Shown here: positions 17,896-26,898 of the stretch, piece by piece
Position numbering within the stretch: the first letter of the stretch is position 1
Layout of the letters: each line of letters begins with the position of its first letter
NCBI GenBank assembly: GCA_037969195.1
Contig: JBBKWZ010000034.1
Span: 1-45,041, forward strand
DNA: 45,041 nt
Reading direction: 5' to 3'
DNA from: Rubricoccaceae bacterium
GTDB taxonomy: Bacteria; Bacteroidota; Rhodothermia; Rhodothermales; Rubricoccaceae
Program-made: the position numbers and the translations under genes
Notes under the pieces: model-generated
The model's input: only the letters and a program-made list of their open reading frames with translations
Told to the model about the DNA's origin: nothing
The model's database searches: none

Positions 17896-18053
17896 GCGAT
17901 TTGGTCAATGGTCGGTGGTCAAGATAGGCCGAGGTCAGAATAGACAGAGCCACGGACTCACAGCGCCGACATTCTGAAGGAAGACCGAACGAGGATAGAC
18001 GTCTATCTGAGATCAGGATTGCGCCCAGAGCCACTAACCACTGACCACCTCCT

Positions 18054-18701
18054 CTATCCCCCAAAAAGCGCCTTGGCGATGTCGAGATAGTCCTTCTCGG
18101 CGCGTTTCTCTTTGGCCTCAGGTGTGTTGAATTTCGCCTCGGCGGCCTCACGTCGGGCGATTCTCTGTTCTTCTTCCTGTTCCGCTTCAACTTCTTCTTG
18201 AATTCGCTCGGCGAATGGCTTCTGCGCTTGAGCAAACATGATGTGTGGTTCATCGGTAGGCTTCCCAGCAGCCTGTCTCTCTTCAAACAGCCGCACGCAG
18301 CCGTTCCATAGTGCCTGTCGCAGCCCCCATTTCTCGACCGAATACGAGGCGCCCTTCCGTTTACCATCCGCGTCAACCCAGTTGAGTTGAACGACTGTGG
18401 CACCGTCGTCGTCGTCTTCCTTTTTCTCCCGAACGCTAAGACCAACAACGCCCGTGTTAGACCATGCCTTTCGTGGCCTGGCGTCCGGCGGCGGAAGCTC
18501 TTCGAGTAGGTCGTCGCGGTAGACGATGGCGGCTCTCATAGCGCCATCGGAACCGCCGTGGCGGGCATCAGCAAAAAATTTGGAGAGCCGCTTGCCCTCG
18601 CGCCGGACCCGAACCTGCCAACCGTGGGTCGGATGCCGCTTCGGGTAGGCATCGGACGGCTCAATGTCAATCCGGGTTATATGGTGCTGATTCTCGGCCA
18701 T
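18054..18701 (-). CDS. AP2/ERF-like DNA-binding protein with two AP2-type modules and a charged K/E-rich tail
   Basis: THGWQVRVRREGKRLSKFFADARHGGSDGAMRAAIVYRDDLL resembles bacterial AP2 domains. A second, weaker module is VVQLNWVDADGKRKGASYSVEKWGLRQALWNGCVRLFE. C-terminal tail: EEVEAEQEEEQRIARREAAEAKFNTPEAKEKRAEKD. Confidence 0.7.
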   Translation of the reverse strand: MAENQHHITRIDIEPSDAYPKRHPTHGWQVRVRREGKRLSKFFADARHGGSDGAMRAAIVYRDDLLEELPPPDARPRKAWSNTGVVGLSVREKKEDDDDGATVVQLNWVDADGKRKGASYSVEKWGLRQALWNGCVRLFEERQAAGKPTDEPHIMFAQAQKPFAERIQEEVEAEQEEEQRIARREAAEAKFNTPEAKEKRAEKDYLDIAKALFGG

Positions 18702-18777
18702 GGGTCGAGTTGTCGTGGTTGGTTAGGCGACTTTGCGACGGGCGCGCATTTCGTCAAACTGCCAGAAGGCGAAGGGC

Positions 18778-19050
18778 TCAAGCTACTTGCGCGGAGGAAA
18801 CGGCCTCGACGCGCGTTACTTCAGGGACCGAACGTTTGATAGCCTGCTCGATTCCCGCACGGAGCGTCATCATGCTCATCGGGCATGTTCCACAGGCACC
18901 CAGAAGCTCCAACTCTACAACCATGTCGTCCGTTACGTCCTGCAGACGCACGGAGCCGCCATCCGCCATGAGGTACGGCCGGATGGAGTCCAGCGTCTCC
19001 TCAATGCGCTTCAGGAGTTGGGGATCTTTGGGATTGTGCGGGCTGGCCAT
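18778..19050 (-). CDS. NifU-like (Nfu C-terminal domain) Fe-S cluster assembly protein
   Basis: IEETLDSIRPYLMADGGSVRLQDVTDDMVVELELLGACGTCPMSMMTLRAGIEQAI (CxxC motif). Start at ATG 19050. Confidence 0.9.
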   Translation of the reverse strand: MASPHNPKDPQLLKRIEETLDSIRPYLMADGGSVRLQDVTDDMVVELELLGACGTCPMSMMTLRAGIEQAIKRSVPEVTRVEAVSSAQVA

Positions 19051-19194
19051 GCGGTAGTGTCGTGCTAGGCAATGGGAGAAGTTAACGCGGCGCACACTGT
19101 GTGGTTCGCAGATTTAGTGTGACAGGCGTGAGCTGCCTGCACAACCGGCATCACCCTTTTTCGCAGACCACCGTGGCCTTGTGCGATGTAGCTG

Positions 19195-20295
19195 CTATCG
19201 ATGAAGGATCTCAACAACTTGCGTGGGTGCGGCTTCGGCGTTTCGGATGGAGACTTGTTGAGCCATGTTCTGCGCGATTTCGACCAGAGCGCGTGCGCTC
19301 GCGCACTCTGGATCGCGCTCCACGATGGGTGTCCCGAAGTCCCCGCTTTCGCGTAGCGCTTGTTCGATGGGCACTTCACCGAGAAACGGAGCCTTGGCTT
19401 CTTCGGCAAAGCGACGAGCGCCGCCTTCACCGAAGAGGTAATACTTGCGGTCGGGAAGGTCGGGCGGAGTGAAGTACGCCATGTTTTCGACAATTCCGAG
19501 AACGGGCACATTAACCTTGCGAAACATCGCCACGCCTTTCCGAGCATCGGCAAGGGCCACGTCTTGCGGCGTTGAGACGATCACAGCGCCTGTGAGTGGC
19601 ACTGTCTGCACGATGGTGAGCTGGATGTCGCCGGTCCCGGGCGGAAGGTCGAGAATGAGGTAATCAAGTTCGCCCCACTCCGCGTCGCCCAGGAACTGCC
19701 GCACAGCGGACGACACCATGGGCCCTCGCCAGACAACCGCGCTGGATTCGTCAACCAGGAAGCCCATGGAGAGCAGTTTCACACCATAGGCTTCCAAGGG
19801 AATAATCTTACGCTCCTCGTTGACCCTTGGCTTCTCGGAGGTGTCGATTCCAAACATGAGGGGTACGCTTGGGCCGTAAATGTCCGTGTCAACAAGACCG
19901 ACCGCCGCACCTGTTTTCGCCAACGCTACAGCCATGTTTGCAGCGACGGTGCTTTTGCCAACCCCACCCTTTCCACTAGCAACAGCGATAAAGTTCTTGA
20001 CGCCGCTGCTCCCTCCTTCCGTCGCTGCGTTCGCACCGCGCGTAGTCACGTCGGCTTCCATGATTACAACAACCTCGGCACCAGCGTCTACATCGCGGTG
20101 GATCGCGGCTTCGCAGCGTGAGCGGATGAGCTCTTTCAGTGGGCACGCCGGCGTAGTGAGCACGACGGTGAACTCAATCCGGCTGCCGTCGATCTTCAGA
20201 TCGCGGATCATGTTGAGCGTCACCAAATCCTTTTTCAGATCGGGCTCTTCAACGGTACCGAGAGCGGCGAGGACGGCGTCGTGGGTGATGGACAT
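19195..20295 (-). CDS. mrp: Mrp/NBP35/ApbC family Fe-S cluster carrier ATPase
   Basis: N-terminal DUF59-like VTLNMIRDLKIDG...TTPACPLK, deviant Walker A VASGKGGVGKST, and the VIVSTPQDVALADARKG block. Confidence 0.95.
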   Translation of the reverse strand: MSITHDAVLAALGTVEEPDLKKDLVTLNMIRDLKIDGSRIEFTVVLTTPACPLKELIRSRCEAAIHRDVDAGAEVVVIMEADVTTRGANAATEGGSSGVKNFIAVASGKGGVGKSTVAANMAVALAKTGAAVGLVDTDIYGPSVPLMFGIDTSEKPRVNEERKIIPLEAYGVKLLSMGFLVDESSAVVWRGPMVSSAVRQFLGDAEWGELDYLILDLPPGTGDIQLTIVQTVPLTGAVIVSTPQDVALADARKGVAMFRKVNVPVLGIVENMAYFTPPDLPDRKYYLFGEGGARRFAEEAKAPFLGEVPIEQALRESGDFGTPIVERDPECASARALVEIAQNMAQQVSIRNAEAAPTQVVEILHR

Positions 20296-20382
20296 GGAGT
20301 TCGGTTATGTGGGATGCCGTGAGTTTCTGGTCGACACTACAGCGAACTTCCCAGACGGAAGGAGGCTTAGGTGGTTCCGTCT

Positions 20383-21342
20383 TCACGGATCATCCGCTGC
20401 GGACAGCGCTATTCCGTGCCGCAGTCCCCCTTGGCCGGCGATGAATGCATCGAACCCGAAGCGGTCCATGACGGTGTCAAGAATAAGCAAAGCGGCACCC
20501 GTTACGTCTTCCCGACCCGTCAGGACGCCTGGGTTGAGCTCTCGGACTTCTTCGGGCGACATCGCAAGTAGCCGATCTCGCCAGTCTCGTACGACTTGGC
20601 GTTCGATCCGGGGGGCGGGACTATCTGAGCCAACCAAGTTGGCCAGCACGTGCGCTGTTCCCCCACACTCAATGAGTGAGAGGCCTGCGAAAACGTCGGC
20701 GGGAATTCCGCCAAGAGCCACATACACGTCCGCTACCGCACGCTGAATTCGAACGGCCGACGGTGGCTGATGCTGAAAGAATCGCTCCTTGAGGCGCATG
20801 CTGCCCATGTTCAGGCTAACTCGGTAACGGATCTCACCGACTTGCCCAGCTATGAACTCGGTCGAACCGCCGCCGATATCAAGTACACATGCCTCGGTAA
20901 ATCCGGGCGCCATCGCCAGTGCACCCCTGAAACTCAGAGCGGCTTCCTCGTCTCCTGAGATCACGCGGTAATCGAGGCCTAACTCATTTCGGACGCGCTC
21001 GATAAGTTGGGCTACGTTTGCCGCGTCTCTCGATGCGCTCGTCGCGCCGATAAGAATGAGTTCCGCTTTGAAGCATTCTGCGGTCGACTTGCACTCTGCG
21101 GTTCGGGCAAGCACGCGATTCATTGCTGCATCCGAAAGCCGTCCCGATTCATCAACGCCCTCGCCGAGCCTAGCAAACCGCTCTTCATCAGCCACAATTG
21201 TGAGACGCCCGTCTGGATGGACGTCTGCCACGAGACACATCACCGTGTTCGTTCCAACATCAATGGCAGCAACTCGGCGGGTCTGTCTTCTCGTTCTCTC
21301 CAATTGACTCCATGAGTTTCTGCCTAGATTGATCGGCGTCAT
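20383..21342 (-). CDS. Ppx/GppA family phosphatase (exopolyphosphatase-like)
   Basis: AAIDVGTNTVMCLVADV...ERFARLGEGVDESGRLSDAAMNR...LDIGGGSTEF fits the ASKHA fold of Ppx/GppA. Confidence 0.85.
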   Translation of the reverse strand: MTPINLGRNSWSQLERTRRQTRRVAAIDVGTNTVMCLVADVHPDGRLTIVADEERFARLGEGVDESGRLSDAAMNRVLARTAECKSTAECFKAELILIGATSASRDAANVAQLIERVRNELGLDYRVISGDEEAALSFRGALAMAPGFTEACVLDIGGGSTEFIAGQVGEIRYRVSLNMGSMRLKERFFQHQPPSAVRIQRAVADVYVALGGIPADVFAGLSLIECGGTAHVLANLVGSDSPAPRIERQVVRDWRDRLLAMSPEEVRELNPGVLTGREDVTGAALLILDTVMDRFGFDAFIAGQGGLRHGIALSAADDP

Positions 21343-21363
21343 TTGATTTCAATATTCAACATT

Positions 21364-22215
21364 TCAATCTTTTTGGGCGACTGCCACGCACCCCCACCAA
21401 TCGTTTTCCGATGCTTCGTCCACCGTTTCAAGGCCTGCGTCAGTCAGGATGGTAAGCATCATATCTCGCTCGGTTTTCAGCATCCCGGAAAGAATCAGTC
21501 GGCCACCGCTAGTGAGTTTCTTGGGCAGTTGGGGGACGATTGGTGCCAATCGGCTGCTGATCATATTGGCCAGAATCACCTCGAATCCAACTTCAGGAAT
21601 CGCTTCTACCGTGCACTCACGGACTTCGAATCGATCGTCAACGCCGTTGAGAACGCCGTTGTCTTGCGCACTTTCCACCGCCAGCATATCATAGTCGAAC
21701 CCAAGCGCGGACCCCGCACCAAGTTTGAGTGCTGCAATTGAAAGCACGCCTGTTCCCGTCCCGGCATCCAGCACGTTGTCTCCGGTCTTGATGACGCCGT
21801 CCATGAGCCGAAGCGCCAGGCGCGTGCTCTCGTGGAAGCCCGTGCCGAAACTCATCTTGGGATCGATCAGAATAAGATGTTTCTCTTTGTGCTCCGCTTC
21901 TAGCTCTGCCCACGTTGGCGCGATCACAAACGGACCCACGGGCAGCGGTTGGATGGTCGCCTCCCATTTCGCGTTCCAGTTTTCTGCCGGTAGCATCTCA
22001 ACGTTAATCGAGGCATCCACAAGGCGCGCGCGCAGCCATCCCATCAGCTTGGCCTCGATTTCTCGCCACGAGCCGACTGGCCCATAGGCCTTCAAAGCAT
22101 CGCCTTCCTCGACAAACGCGTCGAAACCTATTTCCGCTAACTCGGCAATAAGCGGTTCATGCAATCCCTCGTCGATGCGAATGGTGAGCGCCAGTGTTTC
22201 AAGGTGTGCAGACAT
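21364..22215 (-). CDS. prmA: Ribosomal protein L11 methyltransferase PrmA
   Basis: FGTGFHESTRLALRLM...VLDAGTGTGVLSIAALKLGA...GFDYD...ANM. Start chosen at ATG 22215. An in-frame GTG at 22245 directly abuts the upstream stop and is the alternative. Confidence 0.9.
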   Translation of the reverse strand: MSAHLETLALTIRIDEGLHEPLIAELAEIGFDAFVEEGDALKAYGPVGSWREIEAKLMGWLRARLVDASINVEMLPAENWNAKWEATIQPLPVGPFVIAPTWAELEAEHKEKHLILIDPKMSFGTGFHESTRLALRLMDGVIKTGDNVLDAGTGTGVLSIAALKLGAGSALGFDYDMLAVESAQDNGVLNGVDDRFEVRECTVEAIPEVGFEVILANMISSRLAPIVPQLPKKLTSGGRLILSGMLKTERDMMLTILTDAGLETVDEASENDWWGCVAVAQKD

Positions 22216-22245
22216 AGGGATAGCCGAAGCTACCTCCTTTGTCAC

Positions 22246-24060
22246 TCATCCGCGGAATATCACGATCCCCCATGCCGTCGGGTCGTTCGGCGGTTGGCTG
22301 AAATCTCCGTATGCATGGCTCCCGTCGGTGATATAGTGGACGGTGTAGCGCCCTGCGTCCAATACCAAAGAACCATTGAATAAGCGATTCTTGGCCGATC
22401 CTCCCGCCGTCGTCGTGTTTTCGCGGCTCATGGTCCAAATAATCTCGCCGTTCGCGTCTTCGATCCACGCATAGTCATAGGCACCGCTGGGGAGGATTTC
22501 GCCCAGCGCATAAATGCGAATGGTGCCGGAGTCTTCGAGTTCGAATGAGGCACGACGATGTTCGTCATTGCGCACGCGTTTGAAGCGGACCAGAACTTCG
22601 CCGGTCGGGGCGCCCAAGCTATCAACGCCAATGTGCTCAATATCGCCTGGCGGCGACTCCGACCGCGTAACAGTGCTTAGGTCGAAGTCGGGGTCAAAGG
22701 CGAAAAGTGTGGCGCCCCAGCGATCTGGGTTATCAGGCTCATCGCCGTTGAAATCCTCGCAGTCGTGCGTGCCGTCTGTTCGATACGACAATTCGTAGGT
22801 CCCCGGCTCCAGAGTAAGAAAGGCCTCGGCCAATCGGTTTTTGTCGGCGCCTCCTGCGTGGCGCGTATCCGCACTTTCCATCGACCAGATTTCTTCCGCA
22901 CCAACAGTGTTTGGTGGCCTTCGTAGGAGGACGGCGTAATCGTATGCGCTACTTCCGATAATTTCGCCGACTGAGGAGATCAACACGGTCGTCGTGTCGG
23001 GCAGCGTGAACGTGTCCTCTAACAACTCGTCAGGACCTACGCAGGAAAAGGAAGCGATGCGCGGCAGTCTACCGTTCCACGGATCAAATGCAGCTACGTG
23101 CGCGCGGGACGTGGAATCCGCGACCGTCATTATGATTCCCCAGCTCACCGGATTTAGTGGCGGATTGCCTGTCCAGTCATCGTAGGCGTGGCTGTCGTCG
23201 GTTGTATAGGAAACGTGATAGAATCCGCGCGGAAGTGTGATCGTTGTCTCAACCTTCTGATTTTTGATGGATCCACCGGCCCAGATCATTGGGGAATTGG
23301 CCATGTCCCATACCACGACATTGTCGGATACGCGGGAAATCCGCGCCCCATCGAGCAAATCCCCGTCAATGACTTCACCCGTTGCCTGCAACTGCAAATC
23401 GACGGATTCAGACACTTCGAACAGATACGACACATCGGACCTGCTCCTCGCCGGGCCACTCGCCCAAATAAGTCCGACGGGCTCGGCCATATTCTTATCT
23501 GGCCGTGCGTCCGTGCCACGCAATTCGTGGACAAGATCTCCCGATTCGTCCCCTGCATAACCCAATCGGAAGCGCCACCGTTCGGCATCGCCATGCCAAA
23601 TCCGGCCATCCGGGCTAAGAATAGCGCCCAACCGATCAATAAATCCCCCACCATCATTATCCACTCTGTTCAGCGGATCTCCGTATGACGTGAACCACGC
23701 ATCATACGTGCCTGGTTCGAACGACAACGTGTCATCCACGGTAGCAAGAGTACCTCTGTCGACAACCGCGTTTTCCGCCAACATCTGCCAGACAACATTC
23801 CCTGTCGCTCGATCAACGATCCACCCATAAACAGCCAGTTCATCCTCACCTTCGAACGATCCAACGGCATGAACAGCCAGACGAACCGTCCTATCAACGC
23901 TGAACGCACGGTGATTTAACTCATTGGGATCGACGCTCGTGCCTGTACCGAAGGAAACCAAGGCACCGGGCTCGCCGAATCCTCTCGCAAACTTTGTGAA
24001 TGCGAAAATCAGCATGCCCACAAGAGCAACCAACAGGAAGCGGGAAAAAAAGCGGCGCAA
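22246..24060 (-). CDS. Membrane-anchored or secreted protein made of four copies of an unassigned ~105-150 aa module
   Basis: N-terminal hydrophobic anchor FLLVALVGMLIFAF. WxM anchors at aa 91, 251, 392 and 542. Copies 2-4 share AGGxxKN, LxxGxYxxxYxTDx(S/T)H and PxNPxxWG. The stop directly abuts prmA. Confidence 0.75.
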   Translation of the reverse strand: MRRFFSRFLLVALVGMLIFAFTKFARGFGEPGALVSFGTGTSVDPNELNHRAFSVDRTVRLAVHAVGSFEGEDELAVYGWIVDRATGNVVWQMLAENAVVDRGTLATVDDTLSFEPGTYDAWFTSYGDPLNRVDNDGGGFIDRLGAILSPDGRIWHGDAERWRFRLGYAGDESGDLVHELRGTDARPDKNMAEPVGLIWASGPARSRSDVSYLFEVSESVDLQLQATGEVIDGDLLDGARISRVSDNVVVWDMANSPMIWAGGSIKNQKVETTITLPRGFYHVSYTTDDSHAYDDWTGNPPLNPVSWGIIMTVADSTSRAHVAAFDPWNGRLPRIASFSCVGPDELLEDTFTLPDTTTVLISSVGEIIGSSAYDYAVLLRRPPNTVGAEEIWSMESADTRHAGGADKNRLAEAFLTLEPGTYELSYRTDGTHDCEDFNGDEPDNPDRWGATLFAFDPDFDLSTVTRSESPPGDIEHIGVDSLGAPTGEVLVRFKRVRNDEHRRASFELEDSGTIRIYALGEILPSGAYDYAWIEDANGEIIWTMSRENTTTAGGSAKNRLFNGSLVLDAGRYTVHYITDGSHAYGDFSQPPNDPTAWGIVIFRG

Positions 24061-24160
24061 TGTGGGAGCTAGAGGTACGTGGAGCCGGATGATAAGTCAA
24101 CGCCTCTACGATTAGTTGCAAGCAAGGTTGCTCTTGCTGCACAATGGCAAATGAGACGAG

Positions 24161-24187
24161 GCGGAGAGGCGGAGAGGCGGAGAGGCG
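24161..24187. repeat. Octanucleotide tandem repeat (GCGGAGAG) x 3.4 in a divergent intergenic region
   Basis: gcggagag gcggagag gcggagag gcg at 24161..24187. Confidence 0.85.
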
Positions 24188-24294
24188 CCCAAGTATATTG
24201 TCGAACGATTATTCGGCTGCCGATCCTCGCCGATGTAACCTGAGCGCCCCTCTTTGCGATAAGCCGAAGCTCCTGCTCCGCGTTATCACCCTCC

Positions 24295-26502
24295 GTGCCT
24301 CAACTGCCGCAATCGCTCGTCGCTTATCGATCTCTGCTTCCGGCAGGTCGTACGGGACAAATTGTGCTAATCGTGGCCGCGTCGGTTCTTTTTGCGGTGC
24401 TCGCTGTTGCGCATTGTGGTTTTTCACTGGTTGGTGCACCGATAACCGCGTTTACACGTGCCCTGATCAATCTTGGGAGTGTCCTGTTTGCCGGCACCCT
24501 GTATTTCGCAGCTACACCTTGGTTCGAGCGATCGGGGTACGATCCGCTTCGCACACTTTGGCGCGCGCTGCTAACCGCCGCCGGCCTGTTGATGGCGATG
24601 GTCGTCCTTCGGATGTTCATTCGCGAAGGCCACCTTAACCCTCGTACATCACTTTCAGGTGACCTAGGCACAGCAATTGGGGCTGTTGTCCTCGCTTTTC
24701 TAGGGACGTTCTTCGCCGTTGTCGTTCTTCACTCGCTCCGGCCTCTTGTTCTATTTCGTCGAACGCGCCGAACAAGGCAAGTATGGCGCTCTATGCTTGT
24801 GTTGATGGGAGTGGCAGCGCTCTCGACAGCATTCATTTTGCCGACAACGGGCTCTTCGACTTTGACGGCGCTCTTGCTTGCCGCCTGCCTGATCCCGATG
24901 GTTTACTGCGCCTTCCGGTTGGGATGGATCGTGCCGCTAACGTTCAGGCACAAGCTTATTTCGGTGTTGTTTTCGGCTGGACTTGCTGGCCTCATAGGCC
25001 TCGTGCTTTTCCAACAGTTCGCGGGGCTTGCGTCTGCAGCCGGTGCGTTCTCAGGAGACCGCCTTCCCTACATCTATCTGTTCAGCCGATCGCTCGGCGA
25101 GTTGGTCGTCTTCTCTCTGGTTTTCGGCTTTCTGTATGCGCTCACGGCAGTTTTATCATTGCTCTTCCATCTCCCAACAACGCAGGCTTTCGCCCAGCAA
25201 ACCAGCGAAATCAGGGCTTTTAAGGCACTCGCAGAGCTTTCCAGCGAGGTCCTCGACCGAGATCAACTTGTTGAAACAATCTCCGGCGCGCCCGTTCTTT
25301 CAGGGATCGCAGAGTCCGCCTGGCTCGCTCTCGTTGACTCATCCAGTGGTTCACTTGCTCCGACAGTGGTCGCATCCTCAGGCATCAGCAAAGAGGACGC
25401 CATTCGCCTCGTTTCCGTTAGTTCCTTAGTTGAGGACGTGGCAGAGAGCACAGTACCGTTGTTGCTAGGAACCGCAGCCGCGGACCACCGCGTCAATGCC
25501 CGGCCAGGCGATCGACTGGGCAGTCTTGCTGTCCTACCGCTCGTGGCCGGGGGACAGTCGTTTGGCGCACTCTTCGCGGCCAAGGCAATTACCGATGGGT
25601 TTGAAGATGACGATGTGGCCGCGCTTGCGACGTTTGCTGGTCAAGCCGCGCTGGCACTTTCGCATGCATCTCTCTTTCAGGAAGCGCTTGAGAAGGAACG
25701 GATGGCTCGCGAACTGGCTCTTGCACGTGAAGTGCAACAACGTTTGCTGCCCCAGAGCCTTCCAATAATTGAAGGCGCAGAACTCGCGGTCGCCGAACAT
25801 CCCGCTCACGAAATCGCCGGAGACTATTACGACTTCGTTGAGTTGGGCGACGGCTGCTTCGGCATTCTGATTGCAGACGTCGCCGGAAAGGGCGCTGCCG
25901 CCGCGTTCTATATGGCCCAGATGAAGGGCGTCGTCCAGAGTTCGGCGAAGATGACTCGGTCACCAGGAGCTTTTCTCGCCCTGGCCAATGAGGCGCTAAC
26001 CCCATCTCTTGCGAGTCGTGCATTCATCTCGGCGACATACGCTGTGCTTGATACAAATAGCTGCACATTCACGGTAGCCCGTGCTGGCCACTGCCCGATC
26101 GTAATGGCGCGCAAGGATGATGGGCCCTGGCTCCTCCGGTCTGACGGCCTTGGTATCGGCCTCGACCCTGGCCCGCTATTCCGCCGGACCTTACACGAGC
26201 AGGTTGTGCATCTCAAACCTGGCGATGTCTTCGCCCTTTATACGGACGGTCTCGTGGAAACTCGCAACGAAATGGGCGAGGAATACGGCTACGACCGCCT
26301 CACCGATGTTATCCAGGACCTTCGCGAGCGCTCCGCGCCCGATGTTCTTGCGGCGCTGATGGCAGATCAAAGAGGCTTTGCGGGAACCAATTCGCTTGCC
26401 GACGACCTTACGGTTGTCGTTCTAAAATGGAACGGCGCAGAAAGCACTACCGAATCGCCCGACACCTCTAAGCCGTTCACCATCCGGCCAGCTTTTGCAT
26501 AG
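24295..26502 (+). CDS. Polytopic-membrane GAF-domain PP2C (SpoIIE/RsbU-type) serine phosphatase
   Basis: About 8-10 TM helices in the first ~300 aa and a GAF-like middle region. PP2C core: AREVQQRLLPQSLP...IAGDYYDFVELGDGCFGILIADVAGKGAAAAFYMAQ...TVARAGHCP...LKPGDVFALYTDGLVE...DDLTVVVLKW. GTG start is uncertain. Confidence 0.85.
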   Translation: MPQLPQSLVAYRSLLPAGRTGQIVLIVAASVLFAVLAVAHCGFSLVGAPITAFTRALINLGSVLFAGTLYFAATPWFERSGYDPLRTLWRALLTAAGLLMAMVVLRMFIREGHLNPRTSLSGDLGTAIGAVVLAFLGTFFAVVVLHSLRPLVLFRRTRRTRQVWRSMLVLMGVAALSTAFILPTTGSSTLTALLLAACLIPMVYCAFRLGWIVPLTFRHKLISVLFSAGLAGLIGLVLFQQFAGLASAAGAFSGDRLPYIYLFSRSLGELVVFSLVFGFLYALTAVLSLLFHLPTTQAFAQQTSEIRAFKALAELSSEVLDRDQLVETISGAPVLSGIAESAWLALVDSSSGSLAPTVVASSGISKEDAIRLVSVSSLVEDVAESTVPLLLGTAAADHRVNARPGDRLGSLAVLPLVAGGQSFGALFAAKAITDGFEDDDVAALATFAGQAALALSHASLFQEALEKERMARELALAREVQQRLLPQSLPIIEGAELAVAEHPAHEIAGDYYDFVELGDGCFGILIADVAGKGAAAAFYMAQMKGVVQSSAKMTRSPGAFLALANEALTPSLASRAFISATYAVLDTNSCTFTVARAGHCPIVMARKDDGPWLLRSDGLGIGLDPGPLFRRTLHEQVVHLKPGDVFALYTDGLVETRNEMGEEYGYDRLTDVIQDLRERSAPDVLAALMADQRGFAGTNSLADDLTVVVLKWNGAESTTESPDTSKPFTIRPAFA

Positions 26503-26535
26503 GTTGGTCGTGTACACCATCGTTTGTCAAACCTT

Positions 26536-26898
26536 ATGAGCAATTTCTCAGTTTCCTTCCGCCGCAACGATTCCGTTTGCATTCTCGACCTCACGGGCGA
26601 ACTAGACGCACATACTGCGGCCGAATTCGAAGCCGCCCTCCAGAAGTGCGTTACCGAGGGGAATTGCCAGATCGTCGTTCAGGGCAAAGACCTGCAGTAC
26701 ATCTCCTCGGCTGGACTGGGCGTGTTCATGGCGTTTCTGGAACCCGTCCGCGAGGGTGGCGGCGACATCAAGATCGCGGGCCTCCAACCGCGGGTTTTCA
26801 CCGTATTCGACCTCCTTGGTTTCCCGATCCTGTTCGAAATCATGGACTCGGAAGACGAAGCCATTTCGCGTTTCGTTAGCCCAAGCGAATCAAACTGA
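26536..26898 (+). CDS. STAS domain anti-sigma-factor antagonist (RsbV/SpoIIAA-like)
   Basis: CILDLTGELDAHTAAEFEAAL...GKDLQYISSAGLGVFMAF...IKIAGLQPRVFTVFDLLGF contains the phosphorylatable Ser context DLQYISSAGLG. ATG 26536 chosen over TTG 26524. Confidence 0.88.
   Translation: MSNFSVSFRRNDSVCILDLTGELDAHTAAEFEAALQKCVTEGNCQIVVQGKDLQYISSAGLGVFMAFLEPVREGGGDIKIAGLQPRVFTVFDLLGFPILFEIMDSEDEAISRFVSPSESN

Noticed and set aside
17819-18448. 209-aa minus-strand ORF overlapping the AP2-like gene in another frame
   Set aside because: R/K/S-rich low-complexity translation. The alternative frame (18054..18701) has a recognisable AP2-type motif and a sensible start.
19880-20746. 288-aa plus-strand ORF antisense to mrp and the Ppx/GppA gene
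   Set aside because: It spans the junction of two confidently identified minus-strand genes. Its composition (S/A/P/R/T-rich) indicates a non-coding shadow frame.
24161-24187. Possible CRISPR array; the same question applies to the repeats at 11755 and 12471
   Set aside because: The repeats are 8-21 bp, contiguous or nearly so, have 2-3 copies and no unique spacers of CRISPR size. There are also no cas genes in the window.
24144-24638. 164-aa plus-strand ORF beginning in the octamer-repeat region (MANETRRRGGEAERRPS...)
   Set aside because: Its N-terminus is simply the translated GCGGAGAG repeat. The rest is out of frame with the well-supported membrane sensor gene.
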